A DNA stretch of 64,000 nt from Candidatus Hydrogenedentota bacterium (lineage in GTDB: Bacteria > Hydrogenedentota > Hydrogenedentia > Hydrogenedentales > SLHB01), in the NCBI GenBank assembly GCA_020848835.1, contig JADLHJ010000084.1:86914-150913 (forward strand), read 5' to 3'. Both the position numbers and the translations under genes were made by a program. The notes under the pieces are model-generated. The model had not been told where the DNA came from, searched no databases, and was given only the letters and a program-made list of their open reading frames with translations. Positions 1 through 10,591 of the stretch are shown here, one piece after another (position 1 is the stretch's first letter; each line of letters starts with the position of its first letter).

Positions 1-1444
1 TTTCGGCTACGGCGGGGCAGAGCCATCGGGTGCGCGACAGACCGTGTATTGGGTGCCTGACCCGCAGTACACGACACAGGTGAACTACAATTTGCAGAGC
101 CCAGTCCTGCTGGAATGCCGTCTACCGATCGGCCCGGATACAAGTATCGCGCCCGGCAACACCTTCACATCTTTCCGCACTTTTGAATTATTGCTAGACA
201 CCACCGAGCGCGAGCGCAGGGGCCTTGCCGTCCGCCGGATGTACCGCGTCATCGCGCCATGGGTGACCGAAAACCCCATCATGCTACACGTGCGCCATTC
301 CGATCCCGAGTCGGTGCGCCTCGCCATTGATCAATGCGCGGACGTTGGCGCAGAGATGGCCATCCTGAGTTTTGGCAGCGGGCTAAACATGGAAAGCGAC
401 AACCCCGACTATATCGCCAAAATTAAATCACTCGTCGATTACGCCCACAGCAAAGGCGTGCAACTTGGCGGATACTCGCTGCTCGCCAGTCGCAAAATTA
501 GTCCTGACGACGACGTGATAAATCCCGCAACCGGCAAGACCGGCGGCGCAATATTCGGTGAATCGCCCTGTCTCTGCAGCAAATGGGGTCAGGAGTACTT
601 CCGAAAACTGAAGAATTTCATCGAACAAACCGGCATGGACTTGCTCGAACACGACGGCTCCTACCCCGGCGATCGGTGCGCGTCCACATCGCACCCCGGA
701 CACAAAGGACTCAACGATTCGCTTTGGAACCAATTTCAAGCCATCTCAGACTTATATGCGTGGTGCCGTGAACGCGGCGTCTTTCTGAATGTGCCCGACT
801 GGTACATGCTCAGTGGATCGAATAAAACTGGCATGGGCTACCGCGAAGTCAACTGGTCGCTCCCGCGCGAACGCCAACTGATCCTAGGTCGCCAAAACAT
901 CTTCGACGGTACCTGGGGAAAAACACCAACCATGGGGTGGATGTTTGTGCCGCTCGTTGAATATCAAGGCGGGGGAGAGGCCGCCACGCTGGAGCCGCTG
1001 TCACAACACCTCGACGCGTACGGCGCGCACCTCGCTCAAAACTTCGGCGCCGGTGTACAGGCCTGCTACCGCGGGACCCGATGGTATGACACCGATGAGA
1101 CAAAAGCAGTAGTTCTCAATTGGATAAACTTCTTCAAGCGATATCGCGACATCCTCGAATCCGACATCATTCACGTCCGCCGCCCGGATGGCCGCGATTT
1201 GGACTGCATACTGCACGTAAACCCCAACACAACGCCACGCGCCTTGGCGATGGTCTTCAATCCGCTGGGCGACATTGCAAAGAAAGCGATCACGCTGCCG
1301 ATTTATTACTCGGGACTTTCAACGAGCGCAACGGTCCGCGTTTCAGATGGGCCACCTATGCAGTTGCCAATTGATCGCGAATACCGGATTCACGTACCGC
1401 TCGAAATCCCTGCAAATAACAATGCATGGATTACGATTGAATAG
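1..1444 (+). CDS. Glycoside hydrolase-like protein, C-terminal part (5' end outside window; frame 2 is open from base 2)
   Basis: The ORF listed at 44..1444 has no stop upstream in its frame back to the window edge. The content looks like a TIM-barrel glycosidase (e.g. '[16 protein letters not shown]', '[10 protein letters not shown]') and GH95 lies next to it. Family not recognised with certainty. Confidence 0.45.
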   Translation, partial: FGYGGAEPSGARQTVYWVPDPQYTTQVNYNLQSPVLLECRLPIGPDTSIAPGNTFTSFRTFELLLDTTERERRGLAVRRMYRVIAPWVTENPIMLHVRHSDPESVRLAIDQCADVGAEMAILSFGSGLNMESDNPDYIAKIKSLVDYAHSKGVQLGGYSLLASRKISPDDDVINPATGKTGGAIFGESPCLCSKWGQEYFRKLKNFIEQTGMDLLEHDGSYPGDRCASTSHPGHKGLNDSLWNQFQAISDLYAWCRERGVFLNVPDWYMLSGSNKTGMGYREVNWSLPRERQLILGRQNIFDGTWGKTPTMGWMFVPLVEYQGGGEAATLEPLSQHLDAYGAHLAQNFGAGVQACYRGTRWYDTDETKAVVLNWINFFKRYRDILESDIIHVRRPDGRDLDCILHVNPNTTPRALAMVFNPLGDIAKKAITLPIYYSGLSTSATVRVSDGPPMQLPIDREYRIHVPLEIPANNNAWITIE

Positions 1445-1499
1445 TGCCAGTTGCCCAACACTTCGAAAAGTTTATAATCCACCGCGGGGGACACCAATC

Positions 1500-3944
1500 A
1501 TGCGCACAACACTTTTATTCGTCGCGCTTCTCATTTCTATAAACCACACAAACGCTGAATCGCCGGCAACGTCTCAAACGCTCTGGTACGACGCCCCCGC
1601 CGAAACCTGGTCGTCAGCACTACCCATCGGCAACGGCCGTCTCGGAGGAATGATATTCGGCGGCGTCGAACGGGAACGCATCCAACTCAACGAAGACAGC
1701 CTCTGGGCGGGCCGCCCGCAGGACGCCGACAACCCCGAAGCGCGCGAACACCTCGACGAAATCCGCGCGCTACTCTTCGCGGGCAACTACAAAGAGGCCG
1801 AAGAACTCGCAAAGAAATACATGGTCTGCAAAGGCCCCGGCTCAAACCTCGGCGTCGGTGCCTACGCCGACTTCGGCTCCTATCAAACGCTCGGCGATCT
1901 CACCTTCACCTTTCCGAAAGGCGAAGTCACCGAGTATCGCCGCGCCCTCGATCTATCGACTGCAATCGCCTCCGTGACCTACGTGCAAAACGGCGTCCGC
2001 TACACCCGCGAAATGTTCAGCAGCGCCCCCGATCAACTCATGGTTATTCGTATCACAGCCGACAAACCGGGAAGCGTTACATTCGAAGTCACCCTCGACC
2101 GCGACCCGCGCCGTTGTTCGCGCTACAACAAAAATGATTCGCGTATCGAACCCTTCGACGCGCCGGACAAAGATGAAAGAGAACCCGCGGTCTATGCTTC
2201 CGCCCCGAACGCAAACACGCTTGCCTTGTCCGGTCGCGTCGCCCTCGGCCAAGGCATGGCCTATGAAGCCCGCCTCGCCACAGTAAACGACGGGGGAGAA
2301 GTCTCGGCCGGCGCTTCCACGCTATCAGTAAAAAATGCCAACAGCGTCACGCTACTCTTTTCCGCAAATACAGACTTCGTCGCGTGGGACTACGCAAAAA
2401 AGAAAAATCCCGCCAGCCTCTGCGAAACCCAACTTACAAACGCGTCATCAAAAAAATATGACGACCTCAAAACAGCGCACATCGCCGACTACCAGTCCCT
2501 CTTCAATCGTGTATCACTCGATCTCGGCGGCGATCCATCTCCGTTAGCAACGGACAAGCGCCTGCTTGCAATCAAAGACGGTGCAGATGATCCACAATTG
2601 GTCACACTCTTTTTCGACTACGGACGCTACCTGCTCATATCCAGTTCGCGCCCCGGCGACCTCCCCGCAAACCTGCAAGGCATCTGGTGCGATCACTATC
2701 GCGCGCCGTGGAACGCGGACTACCACCACAACATCAACGATCAAATGAACTATTGGCCCGTGGAAGTTTGTAACCTCGCGGAACTGCACGATCCGTTCAT
2801 CGACTACATCGACGCGCAGCGCGCGCCCGGACGCCGCACCGCCGAAATCCAATACGGCGCACACGGCTGGGTTACGCACACCGTATCGAACATCTGGGGC
2901 TTCACTTCTCCCGGTGAAAGCCCCTCCTGGGGACAATTCACCTGCGCAGGCGCATGGCTCACACAGCACGTCTGGGAACACTACGCATTCAACCCCGATC
3001 CCGAATATCTCAAGCGCGCATATCCAATCATGAAAGAGTCCGCCGAATTCTACGTCGACTTTCTCGTTCCAGAACCCAAACATGGCTGGCTCGTCACGAG
3101 TCCATCAAACTCCCCCGAAAACCATTTCAAAACCGCCGACGGCACCGTCGCTTCTATCTGCTATGGCCCTTCAATGGACATGCAAATCCTCAACAACCTG
3201 TTTACAAATTGCATCGAAGCTTCCACCATTCTCAACGCCGACGAAGCCTTCCGGACAAGACTAATCGACGCCCGTGCCAAACTTGCGCCGCCGCAAGTCG
3301 GCAAGCACGGCCAGCTTCAAGAATGGATCGAAGACTTTGACGAACCCGAACCCGGCCACCGTCACATGTCACATCTCTTCGGCCTGCACCCCGGCAACCA
3401 ATTCACGTTACGCGGCACACCCGATCTCGCTAGAGCTGCACGCGTATCCCTCGAACGGCGTTTGGCAAGTGGGGGAGGCCACACCGGCTGGAGCCGCGCA
3501 TGGATCATCAACTTCTGGGCACGCCTCGAAGAAGGCGACAAGGCCCACGAAAACGTCCAGGCGCTGCTCGCCAAATCCACCCTGCCGAACCTCTTCGACA
3601 ACCACCCGCCTTTCCAGATCGACGGCAACTTCGGCGCCACCGCCGGCATCGCCGAAATGCTCCTCCAATCGCACACTGGCGAAATTCACTTGCTTCCCGC
3701 GCTTCCGACAGCGTGGCCTAGTGGCAGCGTAAAAGGCCTGCGCGCCCGCGGCGGCTATGAAATATCGATCAAGTGGAAAGACGGAAAACTTGGTGAAGCA
3801 GTCATTCTCGCTAATCGCGAGGGTATGTGCACCATACATGCGAACGGATCTATTCGTATCGAAGGGGCCAAGGACGAAAATCCTACAGATGACGTCGTTC
3901 AATTCCGCGCAGAGAAAGGAAAGTCGTACATCTTGAAACCATGA
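1500..3944 (+). CDS. Glycoside hydrolase family 95 (alpha-L-fucosidase-like), secreted
   Basis: The ATG at 1500 is followed by a signal peptide '[19 protein letters not shown]'. The N-terminal '[43 protein letters not shown]' is the GH95 N-terminal hallmark, and the protein is about 815 aa. The track ORF 1275..3944 extends upstream through an Arg-rich non-native stretch. Confidence 0.8.
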   Translation: MRTTLLFVALLISINHTNAESPATSQTLWYDAPAETWSSALPIGNGRLGGMIFGGVERERIQLNEDSLWAGRPQDADNPEAREHLDEIRALLFAGNYKEAEELAKKYMVCKGPGSNLGVGAYADFGSYQTLGDLTFTFPKGEVTEYRRALDLSTAIASVTYVQNGVRYTREMFSSAPDQLMVIRITADKPGSVTFEVTLDRDPRRCSRYNKNDSRIEPFDAPDKDEREPAVYASAPNANTLALSGRVALGQGMAYEARLATVNDGGEVSAGASTLSVKNANSVTLLFSANTDFVAWDYAKKKNPASLCETQLTNASSKKYDDLKTAHIADYQSLFNRVSLDLGGDPSPLATDKRLLAIKDGADDPQLVTLFFDYGRYLLISSSRPGDLPANLQGIWCDHYRAPWNADYHHNINDQMNYWPVEVCNLAELHDPFIDYIDAQRAPGRRTAEIQYGAHGWVTHTVSNIWGFTSPGESPSWGQFTCAGAWLTQHVWEHYAFNPDPEYLKRAYPIMKESAEFYVDFLVPEPKHGWLVTSPSNSPENHFKTADGTVASICYGPSMDMQILNNLFTNCIEASTILNADEAFRTRLIDARAKLAPPQVGKHGQLQEWIEDFDEPEPGHRHMSHLFGLHPGNQFTLRGTPDLARAARVSLERRLASGGGHTGWSRAWIINFWARLEEGDKAHENVQALLAKSTLPNLFDNHPPFQIDGNFGATAGIAEMLLQSHTGEIHLLPALPTAWPSGSVKGLRARGGYEISIKWKDGKLGEAVILANREGMCTIHANGSIRIEGAKDENPTDDVVQFRAEKGKSYILKP

Positions 3945-4042
3945 GACGATGCGCCTATCGTGACGATATGATTCTCAATTTGCTTCCTATAATTCGTAAC
4001 CTATTCACGCCAGCGCGTGACAACATAACAACCGAGGCATCG

Positions 4043-4396
4043 ATGAACTCGCTCAAAAATCTTGCAGACTTGGACGCCTGTCTGAATGAATCCACCACAC
4101 GTCCCGTTTTCATTTTTAAACACAGCACCGCCTGCCCGATATCGTCAGAGGCGTACCGCCAGGTCGCAAAATACACGCAAGCAGCTAACGAAAATGATCC
4201 CAAGGTCTACATGGTTAGAGTAATTGAAGAGCGCCCCGTCTCAAACCAAATCGCCGAAGAACTCGCGCTCCAACACAAATCCCCGCAACTCATCCTCGTA
4301 AAAGACCGCAGTGTCCTTTGGTCTGCTTCGCACTACGGCATCAACGAACAAGCCATCCGCGACGCCGTCTCTGGTCACATCACTGCACGAAATTAG
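4043..4396 (+). CDS. ytxJ: Bacillithiol-system thioredoxin-like protein YtxJ (monothiol bacilliredoxin BrxC family)
   Basis: About 117 aa with the 'TACPIS' motif typical of YtxJ/DUF2847. The start is moved to the internal ATG at 4043 ('MNSLKNL'); the upstream part of the track ORF is intergenic-looking. Confidence 0.6.
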   Translation: MNSLKNLADLDACLNESTTRPVFIFKHSTACPISSEAYRQVAKYTQAANENDPKVYMVRVIEERPVSNQIAEELALQHKSPQLILVKDRSVLWSASHYGINEQAIRDAVSGHITARN

Positions 4397-4401
4397 TAAG
4401 C

Positions 4402-5367
4402 CTATTTGGACTGCGGCGGCGGGTAGACGCCGCTTTGGCTCGCATTTTCTCTCACTATCTGCACATTGCGTTTCAATCCCACCAACTTCCCTCGCATAAT
4501 CGGCGTTCCCGCAAACCACGAAAAGAACTCTGCCTCATCCATTCTTGATACTTCCTCCAGCGACAAATTCGCGTGTCCGTCTCGCGCCAGAAAATCCGTC
4601 TCACTCGTCTCGCGCAACTTCCGGTTCCAGGGGCACACGTCCTGGCACACGTCGCACCCGAACACCCAGTCCCCAAACTTCCCCGCCAACTCCTCCGGCA
4701 CCTCGCCACGGTTCTCGATCGTGTGATACGAAATGCAAAGCTGCGCATCGACAACCTTCGGCTGCACGATTGCCTGCGTCGGGCAGGCATCGATGCACAA
4801 TGTGCACCCGCCGCATTGATCCGGAATGGGGGAGTCCGCCTCAATCCGCGCCGTCGTAATAATCGCCCCAAGAAAAAAATACGAACCAAGATCGCGCCGC
4901 AACACGAGGCTATTCTTTCCAACCCAACCCACACCCGCGCGCTCGGCCCAGGCCTTCTCCATCACTGGCCCGCTGTCGATACAGCAATACGATTCGCTCC
5001 CAGGAACAAGCTCATCCACAGATCGTGCGAGCTTGCGCAACGGCTTCAGCAGTACGCGATGGTAATCGCGTCCCCACGCATACCGCGACACCCGCCCTTC
5101 GTGCTCGCTTTTTGCGGGGCGCGTCGAATAGTAGTTGCGCGCAACGATGATGACCGACTGCGCGCCCGGCAATTTTTTCGCCACGTCCTGCCGCACTTCG
5201 CGGGTCCGCGCCATCCACGCCATCGTCGCGTGATAACCCGCATCCAGCCACGCACCAAGCCGATTGTCCGGATCAATAGCATCATCGGCACGCGCAATGC
5301 CACACGCATCAAATCCCAGCGAGGCAGCAAAGTCTTTAATCGATTTTGACTCAAGCAAAGCAGGCAT
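4402..5367 (-). CDS. queG: Epoxyqueuosine reductase QueG (4Fe-4S, cobalamin-dependent)
   Basis: Two ferredoxin-like Cys clusters 'CGGCTLCIDACP' and 'CDVCQDVCPWN' plus QueG-like N- and C-terminal regions, about 320 aa. Confidence 0.85.
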   Translation of the reverse strand: MPALLESKSIKDFAASLGFDACGIARADDAIDPDNRLGAWLDAGYHATMAWMARTREVRQDVAKKLPGAQSVIIVARNYYSTRPAKSEHEGRVSRYAWGRDYHRVLLKPLRKLARSVDELVPGSESYCCIDSGPVMEKAWAERAGVGWVGKNSLVLRRDLGSYFFLGAIITTARIEADSPIPDQCGGCTLCIDACPTQAIVQPKVVDAQLCISYHTIENRGEVPEELAGKFGDWVFGCDVCQDVCPWNRKLRETSETDFLARDGHANLSLEEVSRMDEAEFFSWFAGTPIMRGKLVGLKRNVQIVRENASQSGVYPPPQSK

Positions 5368-5473
5368 GACTCACCTTGTCATGCGCTTGATGGAAGTGTC
5401 AATACCGGCAGGAAAACAAAGAGCCGAGTTGGAGCTCGGCTCAAAAAATTAGACAACGTGATGGGCGCGAAAA

Positions 5474-6265
5474 TTACGCGGCGCTCGTCCGCTCGCCTTC
5501 TGTATCTGTAGCGGCAGGAGTTTGCGGCATTTGCACCACTTCAGAGCTGCCTTGGCGCCGCGGCTTGTACCAAATCGTATGCGCCGCCTTCTTGCTCGCA
5601 AACATCGCCGAAATCGCCAGCACAGGACGCGTAAACACGCCCCAATCGCCAAACTCGTTGAACTTGCGCGATGACTTTACCAGGTGTGCCGTGCGCAGGT
5701 TCTTGTATTTCAATCCGCGCTTCTTGCCCAAAGCCTGCAAGCGGCGTGCAAAATCGTAATCTTCGGTGCAGAGCAAGTCGGCGTCGAACGCACCCGAAGT
5801 CCAGAATGCCTCCGGTGTCGTATAAAACAGGAACATCGAGATACCCGTGAACGACAATCCCGTCTGCACCAATCCGTGCGTAAATTCGATCCCCCAAGAA
5901 CGGCGATCGTAACGCGTCCTAGCCACACCCCCGCCGATATGTTTGCCGGCCTCCATGACGCGATGAATCTCAACCAGCATATTGCGCGACATGTGATCGT
6001 CCGCATCCACAAACACCAAGTACTTCCCAGTCGCTTGCTCGGCCGCTCGGTTACGGACCACGGAGATGCACCGAATATCGACCGGCACAACCTTGGCCCC
6101 AAGCGATTTGGCTACCGATGCAGTAGCATCAGTACTCACATTGTCGCCAACGATGATTTCTACCGGTTCCCCCAAGGCTTGCTCGGCCTGCCGAATTGCG
6201 GCAATGGTTGCGGGAAGGTACTGCGCTTCGTTGTAGGCAGGGATGATGATGGAAAACGTGTACAG
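5474..6265 (-). CDS. Family 2 glycosyltransferase; true start unresolved (the track ORF starts at a TTG at 6175, but the conserved N-terminus lies upstream)
   Basis: GT2 motifs include 'VFVDADD'. The in-frame upstream translation reads '...GGQVLYTFSIIIPAYNEAQYLPATIAAIRQAEQALGEPVEIIVGDN', i.e. the canonical GT2 beta1 strand and 'PAYNE' motif. These are reachable only from a CTG at 6263-6265, which is preceded by the SD-like 'AGGGGG' 7 nt upstream. No ATG, GTG or TTG occurs between the upstream stop (about 6311) and the TTG at 6175. Confidence 0.5.
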   Translation of the reverse strand: MYTFSIIIPAYNEAQYLPATIAAIRQAEQALGEPVEIIVGDNVSTDATASVAKSLGAKVVPVDIRCISVVRNRAAEQATGKYLVFVDADDHMSRNMLVEIHRVMEAGKHIGGGVARTRYDRRSWGIEFTHGLVQTGLSFTGISMFLFYTTPEAFWTSGAFDADLLCTEDYDFARRLQALGKKRGLKYKNLRTAHLVKSSRKFNEFGDWGVFTRPVLAISAMFASKKAAHTIWYKPRRQGSSEVVQMPQTPAATDTEGERTSAA

Positions 6266-6541
6266 GACTTGGCCCCCTGAGTTGAAACTCCGCGACTGCG
6301 GACTTTTCGGTCACGGTTTACGGCTATTATTACAACCTATTTCGCAATACCTTACGTGAAAGTGCGAGATTGTACGGAATATTTATCAGAGAAACAACGG
6401 ATAAATGGTAGGAAAATACCCACAGTTCCAAAATGGAGCACACTGTGGAAGCAATCACTTTGAGTGCCACTTTGTATATGACAGTTTAAGAGTCGCTCGG
6501 GTTTTGGACTTACCCTATAAAGACAGGAACTAATCACCACT

Positions 6542-7138
6542 ATGCAGTTTGAAGATGCACAGTTGGTGTACCTCTGTCTGGAGGGGGACACCCAAGCCTA
6601 CGGCCGCTTGGTAGAGCACTACCAGGGCGCGGTGTACGCTACCGCGTATTACTACGTCGGCCGGCACGGCGCCGCCGAAGATGTCATGCAGGACTCATTT
6701 TTCGAGGCCTACCGCCACCTTCGCCGGTTGAACGACCCCAGCAAGTTCGGCCCTTGGCTAAAAGAAATCACGTGCCGGACTGCGGCCAACTGGTTGCGCA
6801 AACACGCAAAACGGATCGCCGCCGAAACGCCGCTCCCATACAAGCGGCCCGTAGCAATTGAAGACCACCGGCCCGGACCGGAAAACGTCGCCGAGCGTAG
6901 CGAGTTGTACGAAGGAGTACACCGCGCGATCGAGGCGCTTCCGGAGCGATACCGGCTACCGATCGTGCTCCGCTACTTGCAGGAGCTCAGTTACGAGGAA
7001 ATTAGCGAGTTTACGGGCGAGTCGAAAGACGAAGTCCGCGGCATTCTGCAGTACGCCGTACGCAAGTTGAGAGACAGCTTGATCGCCCAGAGCGACGCAA
7101 ACGAAGGCGGAAAAAATTGGTTTCGTGCACTCGAATAG
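6542..7138 (+). CDS. ECF (sigma-70 family, group IV) RNA polymerase sigma factor
   Basis: Region 2 'VMQDSFFEAYRHL' and region 4 'LSYEEISEFTGESKDEVRGILQYAVRKLR' are present; about 198 aa. Confidence 0.8.
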   Translation: MQFEDAQLVYLCLEGDTQAYGRLVEHYQGAVYATAYYYVGRHGAAEDVMQDSFFEAYRHLRRLNDPSKFGPWLKEITCRTAANWLRKHAKRIAAETPLPYKRPVAIEDHRPGPENVAERSELYEGVHRAIEALPERYRLPIVLRYLQELSYEEISEFTGESKDEVRGILQYAVRKLRDSLIAQSDANEGGKNWFRALE

Positions 7139-8445
7139 AATCGACCCTCCAAGCCTATATCGACGGCGAATTGGGCGATTCCGACCGCGTAATCTTTGAG
7201 CAACACCTCGAAGATTGCGGTGTGTGCCGTGATTCTCTAAAAAAGCAGCAGCGCACCAACGCCATCCTCTTCACCGTGTTTTCCGAAGACCGCCTCAGTC
7301 ACTCGTTGCGTAGCCGGATACTCACGCACCTTCCCTTGATGGAAGTCACGCCGCGCGATTCGGACAGCGTTGTTGACCTCATTAATCAACGCGCCAAGAA
7401 TCCACGCACTTTATGGGGTATCGTCGGCAGACTGATGCCTGTCGCCGCCGCCGCAATTCTCGTATTCGTCGCGCTCATCCTCAATTACAGCTACAACTCC
7501 ACAGACGCGAACGAACTCGCCACCGCAACCAGCGTCGGAATGGTTACGCAGGCACGTGGGTCTACAGACCACGCGCCCGGCAATGGGCCTGAAGTACAAC
7601 CGGCGGAATTGCAGAACTACGTATTGCGCGGCGATCGCTTTGACACGCGTAGCGGCAGCAGCATCATGATCGCGTTAACCGGGCCAACCGCCCTTAAGAT
7701 CGGCGATTCGTCGCGGGTTCTTATAAAGGACGCTCGAGAAATTACGCTCGAATTCGGCCAGATATGGCTGGACGTCAGCCGTGACGGTAGTAAGCTTTTC
7801 AAGGTTCACACGCCGCGCGGCGACGTTACCGTATTTGGCACTTGTTTCGCCGTTTCTCATCTGAACGACGAAACCACCGTTACCGTAGAGCGCGGCGAAG
7901 TGCAGGTTGAAAAGGGCAATGACTTCCGCGCGTTGGAAAGGGGCGAACAGGTCCGCGTGCTGGCAAGCGGTTCGCTTACCGAGCCCTCCTTGGTTGATGC
8001 AAAATCCGTCAATGCCTGGGCTCGACGCATCATGCCCGATCCGTTGTCCGAAAACGCGTTCGCCAAACGTCTCCAAGTGAAGGCACCCTCTGGCGAACTG
8101 CCCGCGCGCTTGGTCTACATGGTCAACACCTACGGTAAAGAAGTGACCGCGCTGCGCCTATATTGGCAACCGCAACCCGGACTAAATGTAACAAGCTATT
8201 GTGCCTACGACCTGTATGTGTCGTCCGAAGCCAGCGGTGCTCCAATCATGCACAAGAAGATTGAAGGAAATCAGTTTAAGGACGCCGAGGGTTTTTCACT
8301 CGATGTCCCTATGGATTCACCGGTGACCGACGCGACTTCGCTGGAAATTCGACTCGTCCCCAACTACTCATCGGGCGGCAGTGAACTTTCGGACGTGGAT
8401 ATCAAATGCGTCGTGCCAGACAAAAAAACAGTTGAACCGTCTTAG
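7117..8445 (+). CDS. Anti-sigma factor with zinc-finger (ZAS-like) N-terminus, a single TM helix, and a FecR-like periplasmic domain plus a C-terminal extension
   Basis: The 'HLEDCGVCRD' zinc motif and a TM helix 'VAAAAILVFVALILNY' are present, as are FecR-like beta-rich segments. The TTG start at 7117 overlaps the sigma gene by 22 nt; there is no internal ATG until far downstream. Confidence 0.6.
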   Translation: MVSCTRIESTLQAYIDGELGDSDRVIFEQHLEDCGVCRDSLKKQQRTNAILFTVFSEDRLSHSLRSRILTHLPLMEVTPRDSDSVVDLINQRAKNPRTLWGIVGRLMPVAAAAILVFVALILNYSYNSTDANELATATSVGMVTQARGSTDHAPGNGPEVQPAELQNYVLRGDRFDTRSGSSIMIALTGPTALKIGDSSRVLIKDAREITLEFGQIWLDVSRDGSKLFKVHTPRGDVTVFGTCFAVSHLNDETTVTVERGEVQVEKGNDFRALERGEQVRVLASGSLTEPSLVDAKSVNAWARRIMPDPLSENAFAKRLQVKAPSGELPARLVYMVNTYGKEVTALRLYWQPQPGLNVTSYCAYDLYVSSEASGAPIMHKKIEGNQFKDAEGFSLDVPMDSPVTDATSLEIRLVPNYSSGGSELSDVDIKCVVPDKKTVEPS

Positions 8446-8475
8446 TCCATGTCGTTCGGGACGATGTGGATGCTG

Positions 8476-8650
8476 CTCAGGTCGGAGAGGCGAGTGATAG
8501 AGGCCTTACGTTACAAGTCTACCTCAAGTCACTCCTTCCCCAAGAGTAACTGCAGCCAGGAAGCTTCGGTCGCTCGCCTCTCCGCTGACTTAAGTAGAAG
8601 ACTTTCGATTCGGGGATCGGAAAAGAGAGAACGCTTCGGGGCGTTCAAAA
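8476..8650 (+). other. Cluster of strong inverted repeats (candidate structured RNA or terminator region) just after the anti-sigma gene
   Basis: Arms 'CGGAGAGGCGAG' (about 8483-8494) and 'CTCGCCTCTCCG' (about 8573-8584) pair for 12 bp. A 'GAACGC-TTCGGG-GCGTTC' hairpin lies at about 8625-8642. Further TGTCT/AGACA and AGACAGTAG/CTACTGTCT palindromes occur at 8674-8741. Confidence 0.35.
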
Positions 8651-9134
8651 CGTGAAGAAGGAAAAGAACTGTCTATCTGCGAGACAAAACGAACGCCACA
8701 CAAAAATAAGAGACAGTAGCCGTCGGGGTCGACTACTGTCTACCTGCACAGGCTCAGCCACACAATACGAATTGACTGCTCGGTAAGTCGATCCGTACGC
8801 TTTACCTGCGCCCAGATTGTAACATGCAAATGTATGTTCTGCAAATGCTGAAAACCATTCAGCGTGTCAATTGTCTTTTTCCCCGAATTCCACTCTGAAA
8901 TCTTCCCTTTTCAGAAAAACCGCCTCGTCTACTGTCGGCTCCAATACTGTACCCACGGAAAGACTCGATGAATCCCTTTCTCAATTATCACAACTTAGAA
9001 TGCACTTAAGTCCTTTATTTAATGTTATTTACAAACTCGCGTCGCGTTTGTGGAGGGCAGGTGTCGCTGCAATTGACGATAGAAAAGTGCGTAACGTGAA
9101 GAGCGAAAATTTGAAACCCATTCGCATTAGCCGC

Positions 9135-9163
9135 TTGACACAAAGTTAGATTATCCGTACAAT
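9135..9163 (+). promoter_or_regulatory. Near-consensus sigma-70 promoter (TTGACA-17 nt-TACAAT) upstream of the dtxR/mntR-like gene
   Basis: TTGACA at 9135-9140, a 17-nt spacer, TACAAT at 9158-9163, then an SD 'GAGG' and the ATG at 9193. The -10 region is embedded in an imperfect dyad 'TTAGATTATCCGTACAATCTTAG'. Confidence 0.4.
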
Positions 9164-9192
9164 CTTAGTAATGTCTGCTGAGGTAAACGACC

Positions 9193-9633
9193 ATGACTGC
9201 AACCATGCTCGAAGGACCTGTAAGCGCCAGTGCGCAGGACTATTTAGAAGCAATCTTCCGAATCACCACACGTAACCGCGTGGCCCGCTCCCGCGATATT
9301 GCTCAAGCCCTCGGCGTGACAAAATCCTCCGTTACTACAGCCCTCAAACAACTCAGTGCATCCGGTCTTGTGAACTACGATCCGTATTCCTATGTGACAT
9401 TGACCCGCGAAGGCGAGCAGATCGGCCGTTCTGTCGAAGCACGTCATCGTTTTTTAGCAGAGTTTCTTGAATCCATTCTCGGTGTAGCCGCTGATCGCGC
9501 CGACCAAAATGCGTGCCGCATGGAACACGTTCTGGACGATGAAGTCTACAAACGTCTTACTGAATTCGCTGCCTACCTGAAACAAAACAGTATCAACGCA
9601 TCCACCTGGAAACAGGAAGAGGAAAACAAATGA
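9193..9633 (+). CDS. mntR: DtxR/MntR-family metal-dependent transcriptional repressor
   Basis: 146 aa with an N-terminal winged HTH 'SRDIAQALGVTKSSVTTALKQL', a metal-binding/dimerisation region 'RHRFLAEFL...CRMEHVLDDEV', and a 4-nt ATGA overlap with the next gene. Confidence 0.8.
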   Translation: MTATMLEGPVSASAQDYLEAIFRITTRNRVARSRDIAQALGVTKSSVTTALKQLSASGLVNYDPYSYVTLTREGEQIGRSVEARHRFLAEFLESILGVAADRADQNACRMEHVLDDEVYKRLTEFAAYLKQNSINASTWKQEEENK

Positions 9634-10589
9634 AGACTCTTTCCTTTAGGCTATTGATGGCAACTGTCGTTGCTACTGCGTTGATTGCGATTGGCTGCGA
9701 CAACGCCCCCGCAAGCGACGGCGCGAAAGCCAACACATCCAAAGTCCGCACAGGCCCGCTCAAGATCACGTGCACGATTGGAATGATCACGGATGTTGCC
9801 AAAACTATCGCCGGTCCTCACGCGGAAGTCATCGGTCTCATGGGCCCCGGCGTTGACCCGCACCTCTACAAAGCTACGCAAGGCGACCTCGAACGCCTCT
9901 CCAGCGCCGATCTCATCCTCTACAACGGCCTTCACCTCGAAGGGAAAATGGCAGACGTGCTCGTAAAAATGGCGCGTTCAGTGCATACCGTACAAGTCAC
10001 AGAATCGATTCCGGAAGATCAACTTCGCGAACCCTCTGAGTTCCAGGGCCAACACGACCCGCACGTGTGGTTCGACGTCATGCTCTGGTCGCACGCCGCC
10101 GAACGCATTCGCGACGCGCTCATCGAAGCTGACCCGGCGCACAAAGCCGACTTCGAAAAGAACGCAACAGACTATCTCGCGAAGCTCAAGGATACCGACG
10201 CCTACGTGCGTGAACGCATCGCCGAGATCCCAAAAGAGCAGCGCGTCCTCGTCACCGCCCACGACGCCTTCGGCTACTTCGGCCGCGCCTACGACATCGA
10301 GGTCATGGGCCTGCAAGGAATCAGCACCGCCGCCGAATACGGCGCGCAAGACCTCACGCGCCTCGTCGATGTCATTGTCCAACGCAAGATCAAAGCGGTC
10401 TTCGTCGAGTCATCCATCTCGCCGAAATCGATCGAGGCCCTCGTCCGTGGCGTCGAAGGCAAAGGCGGCAACGTGAAGATCGGCGGCCAACTCTACAGCG
10501 ATGCCATGGGTGCGGACGGCACGCCCGAGGGCACCTACATCGGCATGGTCCGCAAGAACGCCGACACCATTGCGGACGCGTTGAAATAA
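9630..10589 (+). CDS. Metal (Mn/Zn/Fe) ABC transporter substrate-binding lipoprotein (TroA/MntC/ZnuA cluster 9 family)
   Basis: Signal peptide with lipobox 'LIAIGC', plus 'DPHVWFD' and 'AHDAFGYF' motifs typical of TroA-like SBPs. Confidence 0.85.
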   Translation: MKTLSFRLLMATVVATALIAIGCDNAPASDGAKANTSKVRTGPLKITCTIGMITDVAKTIAGPHAEVIGLMGPGVDPHLYKATQGDLERLSSADLILYNGLHLEGKMADVLVKMARSVHTVQVTESIPEDQLREPSEFQGQHDPHVWFDVMLWSHAAERIRDALIEADPAHKADFEKNATDYLAKLKDTDAYVRERIAEIPKEQRVLVTAHDAFGYFGRAYDIEVMGLQGISTAAEYGAQDLTRLVDVIVQRKIKAVFVESSISPKSIEALVRGVEGKGGNVKIGGQLYSDAMGADGTPEGTYIGMVRKNADTIADALK

Positions 10590-10591
10590 CC

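Noticed and set aside
4573-5349. 258-aa plus-strand ORF overlapping queG
   Set aside because: It is antisense to the strongly supported queG gene. It is rich in Arg and Pro and has no recognisable domain.
5684-6280. 198-aa plus-strand ORF overlapping the GT2 gene
   Set aside because: Antisense to the GT2 coding sequence, with no domain signal. It is likely a GC-rich frame artefact.
8871-9149. 92-aa ORF in the AT-rich intergenic region before mntR
   Set aside because: It overlaps the near-consensus promoter of mntR. It is Ser/Leu-rich and low-complexity, with no RBS, so I treat the region as non-coding or regulatory.
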